32,000 nt of DNA from Synechocystis sp. PCC 6803 substr. PCC-P (GTDB lineage: Bacteria; Cyanobacteriota; Cyanobacteriia; Cyanobacteriales; Microcystaceae). The stretch lies in assembly GCF_000284455.1 (NCBI RefSeq), contig NC_017039.1, forward strand, positions 450,001 to 482,000, read 5' to 3'. Positions 9,302-19,102 of this stretch are shown piece after piece. The first letter of the stretch is position 1. Each line of letters begins with the position of its first letter. The position numbers and the translations under genes were made by a program. The notes under the pieces were generated by a model, which was not told the origin of the DNA, did not search any database, and worked only from the letters and a program-made list of their open reading frames with translations.

Positions 9302-10198
9302 ATGGCCAAAATCATTAGCACCGTCAATATGAAGGGCGGAGTCGGTAAAACCACTCTGACTGTTAACTTGGCCACCTGTCTGGCTAAATATTTTCAAAAA
9401 CGGGTTTTGGTGCTGGACTTGGATTCCCAAATTAGTGCCACTTTGAGCTTAATGGCTCCCCATGATTTTGCTGCAATTCGCAAAAAGGGCAAAACCTTGA
9501 GCTATCTGTTGGCCAATGCCATCCAGCCGAATCCCTACAGTAAATTGGATATTTTTGATATTATTTGCCCAGAAATTTGCCAAATTGAGGGTTTAGAACT
9601 GATTCCGGGGGATATTGAACTTTATGACGAGTATCTGGTGTCGGAAAAACTCCACCAAGCGGCGATCGCCACGGAAAATCCTAACTTTGAGACGGTGTGG
9701 AATAAATTTGAGGGTACGTTAATTAAGGAAATGCTGGCGCCAGTGCTGGAGGAATATGATTTTGTCATCCTCGACTGTGCCCCTGGTTATAATCTGTTGA
9801 CCCGCAGTGGCATTGCGGCCAGCGACTTTTATCTGTTGCCGGCTCGTCCTGAACCCCTATCGGTGGTGGGGATGCAGTTACTGGAAAGAAGAATTGAGAA
9901 ACTGAAGGAAAGCCATAAGGCCTCCGATGATCCCCTGAATATCAATCTGATCGGAGTGGTGTTTATTCTGTCCGGCGGCGGTTTGATGAGTCGCTACTAT
10001 AACCAGGTAATGCGGCGGGTACAAACGGATTTCACCCCGGGACAACTTTTTCAGCAGTCCATTCCCATGGATGTCAATGTGGCTAAGGCAGTGGATAGCT
10101 TTATGCCGGTGGTTACCTCCATGCCCAATACGGCGGGTTCAAAAGCTTTTATTAAATTAACCCAGGAATTTTTACAGAAAGTAGAAGCTTTTGGCTAA
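9302..10198 (+). CDS. ParA/Soj-family ATPase
   Basis: Deviant Walker A 'MKGGVGKTTLTVNLA', 'VLVLDLDSQ', 'DFVILDCAPGYNLLTRSGIAASDFYLLPARPEPLS'. Confidence 0.92.
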   Translation: MAKIISTVNMKGGVGKTTLTVNLATCLAKYFQKRVLVLDLDSQISATLSLMAPHDFAAIRKKGKTLSYLLANAIQPNPYSKLDIFDIICPEICQIEGLELIPGDIELYDEYLVSEKLHQAAIATENPNFETVWNKFEGTLIKEMLAPVLEEYDFVILDCAPGYNLLTRSGIAASDFYLLPARPEPLSVVGMQLLERRIEKLKESHKASDDPLNINLIGVVFILSGGGLMSRYYNQVMRRVQTDFTPGQLFQQSIPMDVNVAKAVDSFMPVVTSMPNTAGSKAFIKLTQEFLQKVEAFG

Positions 10199-10351
10199 AG
10201 CAAAGCCCCCATTGATTAACAACGGGAGCTCGGCAAAAATTAATTATCGATTGGCTGGAACCTGGTCAAACCAGGGCTTTTCATCCATTGGAAAAGCGAT
10301 TTTGATCATCTAGGGTCAGGAGCAAAGATCTGATCAAATATTGATCATTTA

Positions 10352-10792
10352 TTAGGAAAGCTGAACTTTCACCACTTTATTTTTGGCTTCCTCTACTTTG
10401 GGCAAAGTCAAAGTTAGGATACCGGCATCGTAATTAGCTTTAACTTCTGTGTTTTGGATTGCTCCAGGTACAGGAATAACCCGGCGGAAACTGCCATAGC
10501 GGAACTCTGTGCGCCGCACCCCATCTTTTTCGGTGCTATGGGTATCCTGGCGATCGCCGCTGACGGTCACCGCATCCCTGGCGGCTTGGATGTCCAAATT
10601 ATCGGGGTCCATGCCAGGTAATTCTAGTTTGAGCACATAGGCTTCTTCAGTTTCAGTTAGTTCTGCTTTAGGATTAAACCCTTGGCGATCGCCGTGGCGG
10701 TCCGTAGGGACAAAAACTTCTTCAAACAGTTGGTTCATCTGCTGCTGGAAATTATCCATTTCCCGCAGGGGATTGTAAAGAATGAGAGACAT
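10352..10792 (-). CDS. hspA: Small heat shock protein Hsp17/HspA (alpha-crystallin domain)
   Basis: 146 aa; 'YVLKLELPGMDPDNLDIQAARDAVTVSGDR' and 'GILTLTLPK'. Confidence 0.95.
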   Translation of the reverse strand: MSLILYNPLREMDNFQQQMNQLFEEVFVPTDRHGDRQGFNPKAELTETEEAYVLKLELPGMDPDNLDIQAARDAVTVSGDRQDTHSTEKDGVRRTEFRYGSFRRVIPVPGAIQNTEVKANYDAGILTLTLPKVEEAKNKVVKVQLS

Positions 10793-10836
10793 AATGTTAA
10801 CTCCTGATGTGTGGAAGGAATTGATTACCCTTGAAT
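10793..10836 (-). promoter_or_regulatory. hspA/hsp17 5' UTR RNA thermometer
   Basis: Transcript strand ...AATTCCTTCCACACATCAGGAGTTAACATTATG; AAUUCCU (10816-10822) pairs with AGGAGUU (10799-10805) and masks the Shine-Dalgarno AGGAG. Confidence 0.8.
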
Positions 10837-11057
10837 GGTTCTATCTTAAAATTTCCCCTTCCAGGTTAGATTCGGTTTTCAGGAAAGAAGGTGGGGGGAT
10901 TGCCGAAATTACATTTCTAGCCGCAATTTTTAGTAAAAAAAAGATGAGTTTTTACCTCACCTTAAGTAAATATTTGAGTGGCAAAACAAAATGGTAAAAA
11001 TAGCTAAGCTTCCACCGCCCTATGGATTTTTGGAAGGAAGTCTTAGGTTGTGAAAAA

Positions 11058-12062
11058 CTATAAAAACCAACCATAGGAATGGAGACCTTTACCCAACAAG
11101 TTGACCCCTAGGTAACAAATCCAAACCACCGTAAAACCGCTGGCGGCCAAAATAGCGGGCTTGCGGCCTTGCCAACCTTTGGTAATGCGGGCATGGAGAT
11201 AGGCGGCAAATACTAGCCAGGTGATTAGGGCCCAGGTTTCCTTGGGATCCCAACTCCAGTAGGAACCCCAAGCTTCGTTGGCCCAGACGGCCCCGGCAAT
11301 AATGCCAATGGTGAGCAGGGGAAAGCCCAGGCCAATAATGCGATAACTAATATTGTCCAAGGTGTCCGCCAGGGTAAGCCGTTGGGGAGAAAGGGTGATG
11401 GCAGGGGTAGAGGTAGTTTTTTCCAACACGGCCACATTGCCCGAGTTACCACTTACTCCTTCTAGGGCAGGATTTAGATTCCCCACCGGATTGAGATTAT
11501 TACCTTTCACCAATCCTTGCCGAAATCCCCCAGTGCCCACGGAACTACCCCGGAGTTCCACCGCCTGGCCCCTGGTAACAAACAAAAAGGCGATCGCCAA
11601 TAGGGAACCCACCATGAGGGTGGCATAACTGACCATCATCACACTGACGTGCATCATCAACCAATTGGACTTCAACGCCGGCACAAGGGGGGCAGATTGT
11701 TGCATATCGACCGGCAAAGTCAGGGCAGCAAAGGCCACAATTCCCAAGGCGATCGGGCTGGTGACTGCCCCAACAAAACGACTTTGGCTCATGCGCTCGG
11801 CAATGAAATGCACCGCCGTGATGCCCCACGCCAGGAAAAACAAGGATTCGTAAAGATTACTGATGGGAAAATAACCCGCTTCTAGCCACCGAGCTCCCAA
11901 CAGGGCTGTAATAGTCAAATTGGCGATCGCCATGGCCCCACTGGCCCCCTGCACTAACCATGGTTTGGGAAATACCACCGCTACCCAGTAGGCAAACATG
12001 GTCAGCAAAAGCACAAGGAAGGCAGTATTGTCTAAAAAACTTTCGAGGCTGACTAGATTCAT
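11058..12062 (-). CDS. ccsA: Cytochrome c biogenesis protein CcsA (system II)
   Basis: Tryptophan-rich haem-handling motif '[24 protein letters not shown]'. Orientation read directly: start codon is plus-strand CAT at 12060-12062 and stop is plus-strand CTA at 11058-11060. Confidence 0.93.
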   Translation of the reverse strand: MNLVSLESFLDNTAFLVLLLTMFAYWVAVVFPKPWLVQGASGAMAIANLTITALLGARWLEAGYFPISNLYESLFFLAWGITAVHFIAERMSQSRFVGAVTSPIALGIVAFAALTLPVDMQQSAPLVPALKSNWLMMHVSVMMVSYATLMVGSLLAIAFLFVTRGQAVELRGSSVGTGGFRQGLVKGNNLNPVGNLNPALEGVSGNSGNVAVLEKTTSTPAITLSPQRLTLADTLDNISYRIIGLGFPLLTIGIIAGAVWANEAWGSYWSWDPKETWALITWLVFAAYLHARITKGWQGRKPAILAASGFTVVWICYLGVNLLGKGLHSYGWFL

Positions 12063-12248
12063 GGCAATCCACTCTAAACAAGATTAAGCAAATGGGCTTT
12101 TTACTATCCTAGCCGCTGTTGAGTTTCCGGCAACGGCGATCGCCAGTCTGGCATTTGCTTGGGCTATCACTAGAGCAAAGCCAATCAGAATCAAAGGTTT
12201 TGATCCTAGTGGGGGACCGACCCCAGGGCAAAAATCGTTGAGGGCAGA

Positions 12249-12659
12249 TTAGTTTGGTCCTTCGCCGGTCAGAAGACTGCATTCACAGGATTCTTGCTCT
12301 AACCAGTCGGAACCTAGTTTGTGCATGGCAATCAGCACTGGCTGAATTTCCCTACCCCTGGCCGTGAGGGAATACTCCACCCTAGGGGGAATTTCTGGGT
12401 ACACATCCCGATTGATAATGCCGTGGGTTTCTAGTTGCCTAAGCCTTAGGGTTAACGTTTTAGTGCTACAACCGGGCAAGGCATCTAACAACTGCCCCGT
12501 GCGTCGTTGTCCCTTGAACAGTTCCCGCAACACCAAAATAGACCACTTATTATCAAGTAAATCCACCACATGCTGAATGGGGCAAATATGTCCGGTTTCA
12601 AAACAGGGATCAGCATTGGCTTGGGTCATGGCAGTATGAGGGAAAACCTTTTCCATCAA
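12249..12659 (-). CDS. HxlR-family winged-helix transcriptional regulator
   Basis: 'CPIQHVVDLLDNKWSILVLRELFKGQRR..QLLDALPGCSTKTLTLRLRQLETHGIINRDVYPEIPPRVEYSLTARG'. Start may be internal (MTQAN). Confidence 0.9.
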   Translation of the reverse strand: MMEKVFPHTAMTQANADPCFETGHICPIQHVVDLLDNKWSILVLRELFKGQRRTGQLLDALPGCSTKTLTLRLRQLETHGIINRDVYPEIPPRVEYSLTARGREIQPVLIAMHKLGSDWLEQESCECSLLTGEGPN

Positions 12660-12910
12660 CCATTCTAACTTCCAGGGTTGGTTTCCCCACTTTACCTTGG
12701 GGGCTAAATTTCCCGGTAAACCCAGGCAGTTTGATGTTTTTTAACCCTGGCCATGGATGGAGTAATCAAACAGAGTTCTCAGCTATCAACCCAAATTTAC
12801 TCATTTTCCCCAGTTGGTGGAATGGAAATCGCCCTTCTCCCCTAGATGGAGAGAAAGGGAGTTAAGAATTTTTGATACAATCGGATCTCCTATAGCAGGA
12901 GAGATTGGAC

Positions 12911-13780
12911 GTGACCGTCAAACCGGATTGGCTCCGAGTCAAAGCGCCCCAATGGCAGAGGGTGGGCAGTGTTAAGGATATTCTGCGAGATTTACAATTA
13001 AATACCGTCTGTGAAGAAGCTTCCTGTCCCAATATTGGCGAGTGTTTTCAGGCCGGGACGGCTACTTTTTTGATTATGGGTCCTGCTTGCACCAGGGCTT
13101 GCCCCTATTGTGATATTGATTTTGAGAAAAAGCCTCAACCCTTAGACTCCACAGAGCCGGAAAGATTGGCGATCGCCGTGAAAAGGCTCAATCTTAAGCA
13201 TGTGGTGATTACCGCAGTCAACCGGGATGATTTACCCGATGGAGGAGCCTCCCAGTTTGTTAGTTGCATAGAGGCTATCCGCAAAATTTCTCCAGGCACC
13301 ACCATTGAGGTTTTGATTCCAGATTTGTGCGGCAATTGGCAAGCCTTAGCGGCGCTGTTGGAAGCTGCCCCAGAGGTTTTGAATCACAATATGGAAACAG
13401 TGCCCAGGCTTTATAAACGGGTGCGGCCCCAGGCGGATTATGATCAATCCCTAGAATTATTCAACCAGGCGAAACGGATTCTGCCCAAGGTTTACACTAA
13501 GTCCGGCATTATGGTGGGGCTGGGGGAAACAGATGCGGAAGTAAGACAGGTGATGGAAGATCTACGCCGGGTGGATTGCGATATTTTGACTATTGGCCAG
13601 TATCTACAACCTAGCCAAAAACATTTGGGAGTCAAGGAATTTGTCACCCCGGAACAGTTCGACGTTTGGCGAATTTATGGTGAATCCATTGGCTTTTTAC
13701 AAGTGGTATCCTCCCCTTTAACCCGCAGTTCCTACCATGCGGAACAGGTGCAGGCTTTGATGACCCGTTTCCCCCGTTAA
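12911..13780 (+). CDS. lipA: Lipoyl synthase
   Basis: '[13 protein letters not shown]' and radical-SAM '[12 protein letters not shown]'; likely GTG start at 12911, ORF opens with TTG at 12905. Confidence 0.95.
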
Positions 13781-13791
13781 GTTGGTCTGAT

Positions 13792-14409
13792 CTATTCTTC
13801 TAGTCCAACTTTTTGCCGTGGAAAAATCATTTTGCCAAAGGGAATGTAGCTGCCATCGGCGATCGCCACTCCAGGGCCAAGCCCCACCCCCGCACTGATA
13901 AAAACATTATTGCCAATTGTGATCCGGTCAACGTAAAGCAAAAGGTTGTGTCGTTTTGGTTTAATGGCGTGGCCCACTAGGCTGACTTGGTGACCAAATA
14001 TCACTTGGTTGCCAATGTGCAGTAAACCCCGGTCTAGGACTTGTATGCTGGGGGTCCAAAGCACGTTTTTGCCAATGCTGGATCCCCATAATCGGAGCCA
14101 CAGGGAAAACAAGCCTGGGACAAAGTGTAATATTCCTTCCAGGGCAGGAAAAGTGCTATAAATCAATTGAATTTGATAGGTTCCCCACCAAGGAATGTAA
14201 TTTTTTCCCACTAAATAACTCAGTCCGGGTTGGAGAGGATAGAAGAGCTGATGAATCCGATAGGTTAGCAGGGGCAGCCCATAAATAATTAATAATAATA
14301 ATAGTAGCCACCACCAAGCCCTAGTCATTGCCCAGAAAATGACACAACTAAGGGCTAAAGTAATTACTAGACCGGGAAATAATGCTAGGAGTTTACTTAA
14401 CAGCGTCAT
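13792..14409 (-). CDS. Putative acyltransferase with N-terminal TM segments and hexapeptide-repeat-like C-terminus
   Basis: N-terminal TM helices, then 'IGKNVLWTPSIQVLDRGLLHIGNQVIFGHQVSLVGH...ITIGNNVFISAGVGLGPGVAIADGSYI'. Confidence 0.65.
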   Translation of the reverse strand: MTLLSKLLALFPGLVITLALSCVIFWAMTRAWWWLLLLLLIIYGLPLLTYRIHQLFYPLQPGLSYLVGKNYIPWWGTYQIQLIYSTFPALEGILHFVPGLFSLWLRLWGSSIGKNVLWTPSIQVLDRGLLHIGNQVIFGHQVSLVGHAIKPKRHNLLLYVDRITIGNNVFISAGVGLGPGVAIADGSYIPFGKMIFPRQKVGLEE

Positions 14410-14538
14410 AGCTGGTTACAAGAACTAGTCTGGATAGCGGTACGGGGAGATTAGTTGGCTTAAGAAATTTTAACTTTAGCTATTATAAATTTTGCCTGAC
14501 AATTAGATGCCGTAAGATTAAGCGATTTTTTGCATTTT

Positions 14539-15279
14539 TTAGGTCAATGGCCAGAAAAGCTTTTGCCACAAAGTTAATTCAAGTTTAATGCCCATTCCGG
14601 AAGAAATACTAAGTTGATTTGGTAAGGTATTTTTCAAATAGGTACCATGGATTTTGTCCCAAAGTTTTAAATTAGCACCAAAATTTCCCTTGCCGATTTG
14701 GTGATGGTGCAATCCGTGGTCTTGGGGTAAAATCAGCCAGCTATTTAAGCAGTCGTGTAACCAACATTTTTTATTAATAATTAGGGAACTATGACGCCAT
14801 AGATCCAGTAAGTAGGTGCAACTAATGGCGAGAATATATCCCCTGGCATCGTGCAATAAATAAATTATGAGGCTATTTAGCCAAACGTAGGGCAAAAACA
14901 AGCTAGACCAAAAAGTGTTGCGTGCACAACTAACCATATCCATTTGACTAACGGTGTGGTGGACTTGGTGAATGGGAAATAGCAATTTGCTGTGTAGTGC
15001 TCGATGGCTCCAATAATAAACGTAATCAATAGCCACAAAGCCGAGGAGAAATTGCCCCCCAGCAAATAGGTTAAAACTATGTTGCCAGTGGGGAATAATC
15101 AAGGAGTAAAAATTGATTACTAATAACAATTGCAGCAGGGGGATAATCGCTCCTTGTATACCTAAACTTACCCCATCTAACAACCAGTCTTGCCAAGGTT
15201 TACTAGCTAAAAATTGTCTTTGTTGAGGTTGCAGTAAACTGAGGGCAAAAAATAACCAAAAGCTGATTAATGATGCCAT
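14539..15279 (-). CDS. Fatty acid hydroxylase / sterol desaturase superfamily membrane protein
   Basis: Histidine clusters 'YYWSHRALHSKLLFPIHQVHHT', 'DLWRHS' and 'DHGLHHHQ'. Confidence 0.85.
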   Translation of the reverse strand: MASLISFWLFFALSLLQPQQRQFLASKPWQDWLLDGVSLGIQGAIIPLLQLLLVINFYSLIIPHWQHSFNLFAGGQFLLGFVAIDYVYYWSHRALHSKLLFPIHQVHHTVSQMDMVSCARNTFWSSLFLPYVWLNSLIIYLLHDARGYILAISCTYLLDLWRHSSLIINKKCWLHDCLNSWLILPQDHGLHHHQIGKGNFGANLKLWDKIHGTYLKNTLPNQLSISSGMGIKLELTLWQKLFWPLT

Positions 15280-15333
15280 TTATTAAATCCAAATTGAATT
15301 TCTAAATTAAGTACGGTTCCACTATCCCTCTCC

Positions 15334-15663
15334 CTAGGAACCCAACTTGAAAGCTTCTAAGAATAAACTGTAGGAAACACCCATTTTAAAAATATTTAAT
15401 ACTTCAGCCTGCAAGTCCCCCATCTTCACCCCCCGGCGATAGAACCAACGATTGACCAATTCACAAAAAAGCAGAATGAAGGCAGCACAAACTACGTCCC
15501 ATTGGGAATTCTGACCGGCGGTGGTGGCCACGGCTGTCCCGACAAAAAAGCCGAATAAAAAGGACAATAAACTGAGGGAAATACGTCGCCAGGGATTCCT
15601 AAAAAATTGGGAAAGTTGCTGGCCACGAACTTCAACAATGGTATTTAATCGGGTGCGCTGCAT
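15334..15663 (-). CDS. ycf20: Ycf20-like membrane protein
   Basis: 109 aa; 'FFRNPWRRISLSLLSFLFGFFVGTAVATTAGQNSQWDVVCAAFILLFCELVNRWFYR'. Confidence 0.9.
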   Translation of the reverse strand: MQRTRLNTIVEVRGQQLSQFFRNPWRRISLSLLSFLFGFFVGTAVATTAGQNSQWDVVCAAFILLFCELVNRWFYRRGVKMGDLQAEVLNIFKMGVSYSLFLEAFKLGS

Positions 15664-15851
15664 GGCAAATTACCTTAAATTTCCTGGGGGGCGGGACGGT
15701 ACAGAAACAGCAATGCTCAATTCTAGGCCGTCTTTGGCCATGGGGGTATGGGAAAATGTATTGTTGGTTAACTGTCATGATTGGCGATCGCCGTTCCACG
15801 GTTGGCCATTGACCCAATAAATTTTTCCGTGGTTGTTATCCCATTTTCCCC

Positions 15852-16595
15852 TTGAATTGCTTGGCTTTGTTTGATATTTCTTCTCCTTGGCCCTGGTTGA
15901 CCCCCAGCCATGGCATTATCGCCGCCTACCTTCTGTTGTTTGCCATCGTTCATAGTGGCTTAGCCGCCCTGCGAGCCTGGGGGGAAAGCAAAATTGGCGC
16001 TAGGGGCTATCGAGTTATATTTGCCCTGGTGAGTATTCCCCTGGCTACGGGATTAATTATTTATTTTTTCAACCATCGCTATGATGGTCTGCAACTCTGG
16101 CAAGTACAGGGAGTAACGGGAGTTAAACCCCTGGTGTGGATTTTGTCTGCCCTATCTTTTTTCTTCCTTTTTCCCGCCACTTTTAACCTGTTGGAAATTG
16201 CCGCTATCCAAAAACCGGAAATCCATCTTTATGAAACGGGCATTATCCGTATTTGTCGCCATCCTCAAATGGTCGGTCAAGTAATTTGGTGCATTGCCCA
16301 CACCCTCTGGTTGGGAACCACTTTTACTCTGGTTACCAGCTTGGGATTAATTGCCCACCATTGCTTTGCAGTCTGGCATGGCGATCGCCGTTGGCAACAC
16401 AAATATGGCGAGGCTTTTCTAGCAGTGAAACAAAGAACTTCCATCATTCCCTTTCAAGCGATCTGGGAGGGAAGGCAAATTCTAGTGTGGCAGGAATTTA
16501 TCAAACCAGCCTATGTGGGGGTAATGGGTTTCATTGCCCTACTATGGTGGGGCCATCCCTGGTTGATGGTGATGACCTCCAGAGTTAATTGGTAG
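15852..16595 (+). CDS. NnrU-family membrane protein, 15-cis-zeta-carotene isomerase (Z-ISO)-like
   Basis: 'IVHSGLAALRAWGESKIGARGYRVIFALVSIPLA', 'RHPQMVGQVIWCIAHTLWLG', 'HHCFAVWHGDRR' resemble plant Z-ISO. Confidence 0.8.
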   Translation: MNCLALFDISSPWPWLTPSHGIIAAYLLLFAIVHSGLAALRAWGESKIGARGYRVIFALVSIPLATGLIIYFFNHRYDGLQLWQVQGVTGVKPLVWILSALSFFFLFPATFNLLEIAAIQKPEIHLYETGIIRICRHPQMVGQVIWCIAHTLWLGTTFTLVTSLGLIAHHCFAVWHGDRRWQHKYGEAFLAVKQRTSIIPFQAIWEGRQILVWQEFIKPAYVGVMGFIALLWWGHPWLMVMTSRVNW

Positions 16596-16689
16596 GGCTT
16601 GTGGCTTGGTTTAACCGCACGGGGAAGATATTCTGGGGATGCACTGTAATCTGCAATAATCCCCTAATTTTTAGGCTTAATTCAATTTT

Positions 16690-17139
16690 ATGGACGATAC
16701 TAACACCACATTACTGCTCAAGCGTCCCGTGGCCCTGAAGGTGATTGTCACTCCCCGCTGGAAAGAGGAGATGCAACAACAACTCCAAGCCCAGGTGGGC
16801 CAGATGGATAATCAGGTGCAACAGCTTGATGCCCAAAGTCAACGAGCGATCGCCGAAATTAAAAAACAAAGCTTGGTGCCCCTCCCCCCCAGTGTCAGCC
16901 AGCAAATTGAAAACATTCAAATGCAGGTCAACCAACAAAAGAGCGAAATTCTGGAGCAGAAAAACCAAGCCCTGCAACAAATGCAACAGGTGCAGTTATT
17001 AGAACTGAACCAAGAAGTCATCCAAGGACAGATGGAGAGCTTTTTCCGTATCCAAAAGGGGGACAACCTCGTGCAGAAAATGGGAGTGGAATTGGTACTG
17101 CGGGATGGGGTAGTGGAGGAAATCCGGGGTGAACTCTAG
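16690..17139 (+). CDS. YlqD-family coiled-coil protein
   Basis: N-terminal 'LLKRPVALKVIVTPRWKEEMQQQL', long Gln-rich coiled coil, C-terminal 'FRIQKGDNLVQKMGVELVLRDGVVEEI'. Confidence 0.7.
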   Translation: MDDTNTTLLLKRPVALKVIVTPRWKEEMQQQLQAQVGQMDNQVQQLDAQSQRAIAEIKKQSLVPLPPSVSQQIENIQMQVNQQKSEILEQKNQALQQMQQVQLLELNQEVIQGQMESFFRIQKGDNLVQKMGVELVLRDGVVEEIRGEL

Positions 17140-17210
17140 CCCCTGCCGAGGAGTTGTGCCTGGCAGCCTCAATGGAGATGGGAATGGTTAAGTATCGACT
17201 TTTCTAAAGA

Positions 17211-17228
17211 CTTGTAACAACTTGTTTC
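17211..17228 (-). promoter_or_regulatory. HLR1-like direct repeat (possible RpaB site) upstream of psaM
   Basis: Minus strand GAAACAAG-TT-GTTACAAG, against the (G/T)TTACA(T/A)(T/A)-N2 repeat consensus; 75-92 nt upstream of psaM ATG. Confidence 0.35.
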
Positions 17229-17302
17229 CCAAAACTGCCCCCATATTGCAAAGTGTTGTTAATGTTTCTCACGATCTGTTTTTATCTAGGAGTTAACTAT
17301 CC

Positions 17303-17398
17303 ATGGCATTATCCGACACCCAAATTTTGGCAGCCCTAGTGGTTGCCCTCCTGCCTGCTTTCCTGGCTTTCCGTCTCTCCACGGAACTTTATAAGTAA
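17303..17398 (+). CDS. psaM: Photosystem I reaction centre subunit XII
   Basis: Not in the supplied track (31 aa): MALSDTQILAALVVALLPAFLAFRLSTELYK, preceded by AGGAG. Confidence 0.97.
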   Translation: MALSDTQILAALVVALLPAFLAFRLSTELYK

Positions 17399-17537
17399 AC
17401 CAACGTCGGCCGTGTAATCCGATCCTTAGGGCGTGATCCGTTGCGCCCTATTGATTTTTAGGGGGAATGCTGGCATCTTTAGAGTCCGGTGTGAGTTGTC
17501 AGACCTCTTGCTTTCTCCGGCCTAAAAATTACCCGCC

Positions 17538-17915
17538 ATGACTGCCCAAACTTTCAAACCCAGTAATGCCCGTCGTCCTCGCTCCAAAAGTCGTAAGCGC
17601 CCGGAACAAAAGTTTCAGCCTGAGCATAAGTGGCTAGTGTGGGAAATTCTTTTCAAGCTGGGTCTCAATGGTGTGTTTGTGGTGGTTTCCATTATGGCGA
17701 TCGCCAGGCTGTTGCCCCATCAACAAGCTCAACAGGCTAAGTTAAACGAGATTCAGATGCAGGTGGAGGAAACAGAAGCCAGGGTTGAGCAACTCCGCAA
17801 TGATTTCCAACGTAGTTTTGACCCCGGCCAGAGTCGCAAAATTATGGAGGAATTAAGCCCCCGCCATGACCCCAACCAAAGGAAAATTATTCTCACGGAA
17901 CCGAAAGCTCCTTAA
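17538..17915 (+). CDS. Conserved cyanobacterial hypothetical protein, single TM segment
   Basis: 125 aa; basic N-terminus, one TM helix (GLNGVFVVVSIMAIARLL), coiled-coil tail. Confidence 0.6.
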   Translation: MTAQTFKPSNARRPRSKSRKRPEQKFQPEHKWLVWEILFKLGLNGVFVVVSIMAIARLLPHQQAQQAKLNEIQMQVEETEARVEQLRNDFQRSFDPGQSRKIMEELSPRHDPNQRKIILTEPKAP

Positions 17916-17937
17916 TCCCCCCAAAAAAAGTAACGAG

Positions 17938-18777
17938 TTATCTGTAGGTGTCGGCGATTTTTTGGGCCAACTGAGTATGTAGTTTATGGCTAGCTTTGTA
18001 GGCGACAAAATGGGCTTGGGGAATTTTCCCCAGTAAACTTAAATCTCCTAGTAAATCCAATAGCTTATGACGCACCGGCTCATCGGGAAAACGCAGGGGG
18101 GGATTGAGCCATTTCTCTTTGTCGCACACCAAAGCATTTTCCAAGCTACCCCCTTTAATCAGCCCGGCCTGGCGCAATTTTTCAATCTGATCCGCAAAAC
18201 CAAAGGTCCGAGCAGGGGCGATCGCCGTGGCAAAATTTTCCTGATCCGGTTCCCAGGTGTACCACTGTTTACCGATAGGCAGATAGGGATAGTCCACACC
18301 GTAGCTAAAACGGGTAGTGGCACAGGGAAAAGCCGCCACAAATGCATCTTCTAGCTGGCAGGTTAAAGGGTCTGTAATCACAATGGGTTGGTCTTGGCTC
18401 TTCTTTGACCGAGGCCTGGTTCCTACTTTGGCGATCGCCGTTAACCAACTAAGGGCAGAACCATCCAGCAGGGGCACTTCCGGGCCGTTAACTTCAATGC
18501 GTAAGTCACCAATGTCCAAGGCCACCAAGGTTGCGAGTAAATGTTCCACTGTCCTAATCGTTGCTCCAGGTTCCCCTAGCTCCGTTGAAAGCATGGCTTC
18601 CCGCACCCAAGTCAAATCCGCTGGAATAATAGGCTTTTTAGGCAAATCCACCCGCTGAAAATAGCGGCCTTTCCCCGCCGCCACTGGACAAAGGGTAACG
18701 GTGGTTTCCACTCCAGAGTGCAGTCCCACTCCCTGGACTGTCAGAGGTGCTTTGATAGTATGTCCCATGGTGTTTAA
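17938..18777 (-). CDS. lpxC: UDP-3-O-acyl-N-acetylglucosamine deacetylase
   Basis: 'VQGVGLHSG', '[33 protein letters not shown]', 'VDYPYLP', '[19 protein letters not shown]' (HKxxD). Core starts at MGHTIKAP; ORF extends to 18867. Confidence 0.93.
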   Translation of the reverse strand, partial: LNTMGHTIKAPLTVQGVGLHSGVETTVTLCPVAAGKGRYFQRVDLPKKPIIPADLTWVREAMLSTELGEPGATIRTVEHLLATLVALDIGDLRIEVNGPEVPLLDGSALSWLTAIAKVGTRPRSKKSQDQPIVITDPLTCQLEDAFVAAFPCATTRFSYGVDYPYLPIGKQWYTWEPDQENFATAIAPARTFGFADQIEKLRQAGLIKGGSLENALVCDKEKWLNPPLRFPDEPVRHKLLDLLGDLSLLGKIPQAHFVAYKASHKLHTQLAQKIADTYR

Positions 18778-18988
18778 GGATGATTGACAAAGTAACTGTA
18801 ACTGGATTTGAGATCCGGAAATAACAGTTCCTTCGTCATTACTCTGTTTAATTTGAAACAAATCCAAATACTCAAGGATTCATTCTCCTTCATCAAATTT
18901 GCGATCAAAATCCTTAGACTTCATGTATTTTAATACAGGGCTATACATATAGTGATTGGCTACTAGTACTGTCCATTGTCAGTTTTAC

Positions 18989-19099
18989 CTAAAGTAGTTT
19001 GCTCAGGAACAGTTCTAAATCATCGAGTACTTCGTTCTTTTGGATATACTCATTGCCTTCAGTTTGATGATCCAGATAAAAACTTAACGCATCAAACAC
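18989..19099 (-). CDS. Possible 36-aa ORF directly after the DUF1400 gene
   Basis: GTG 3 nt after the upstream TAG (TAG AAA GTG); VFDALSFYLDHQTEGNEYIQKNEVLDDLELFLSKLL*. No ribosome-binding support beyond proximity. Confidence 0.25.
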   Translation of the reverse strand: MFDALSFYLDHQTEGNEYIQKNEVLDDLELFLSKLL

Positions 19100-19102
19100 T
19101 TT

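Noticed and set aside
11089-11885. Several short ORFs overlapping ccsA
   Set aside because: Shadow frames of the 334-aa CcsA coding sequence, which is on the minus strand by direct reading of its start and stop codons.
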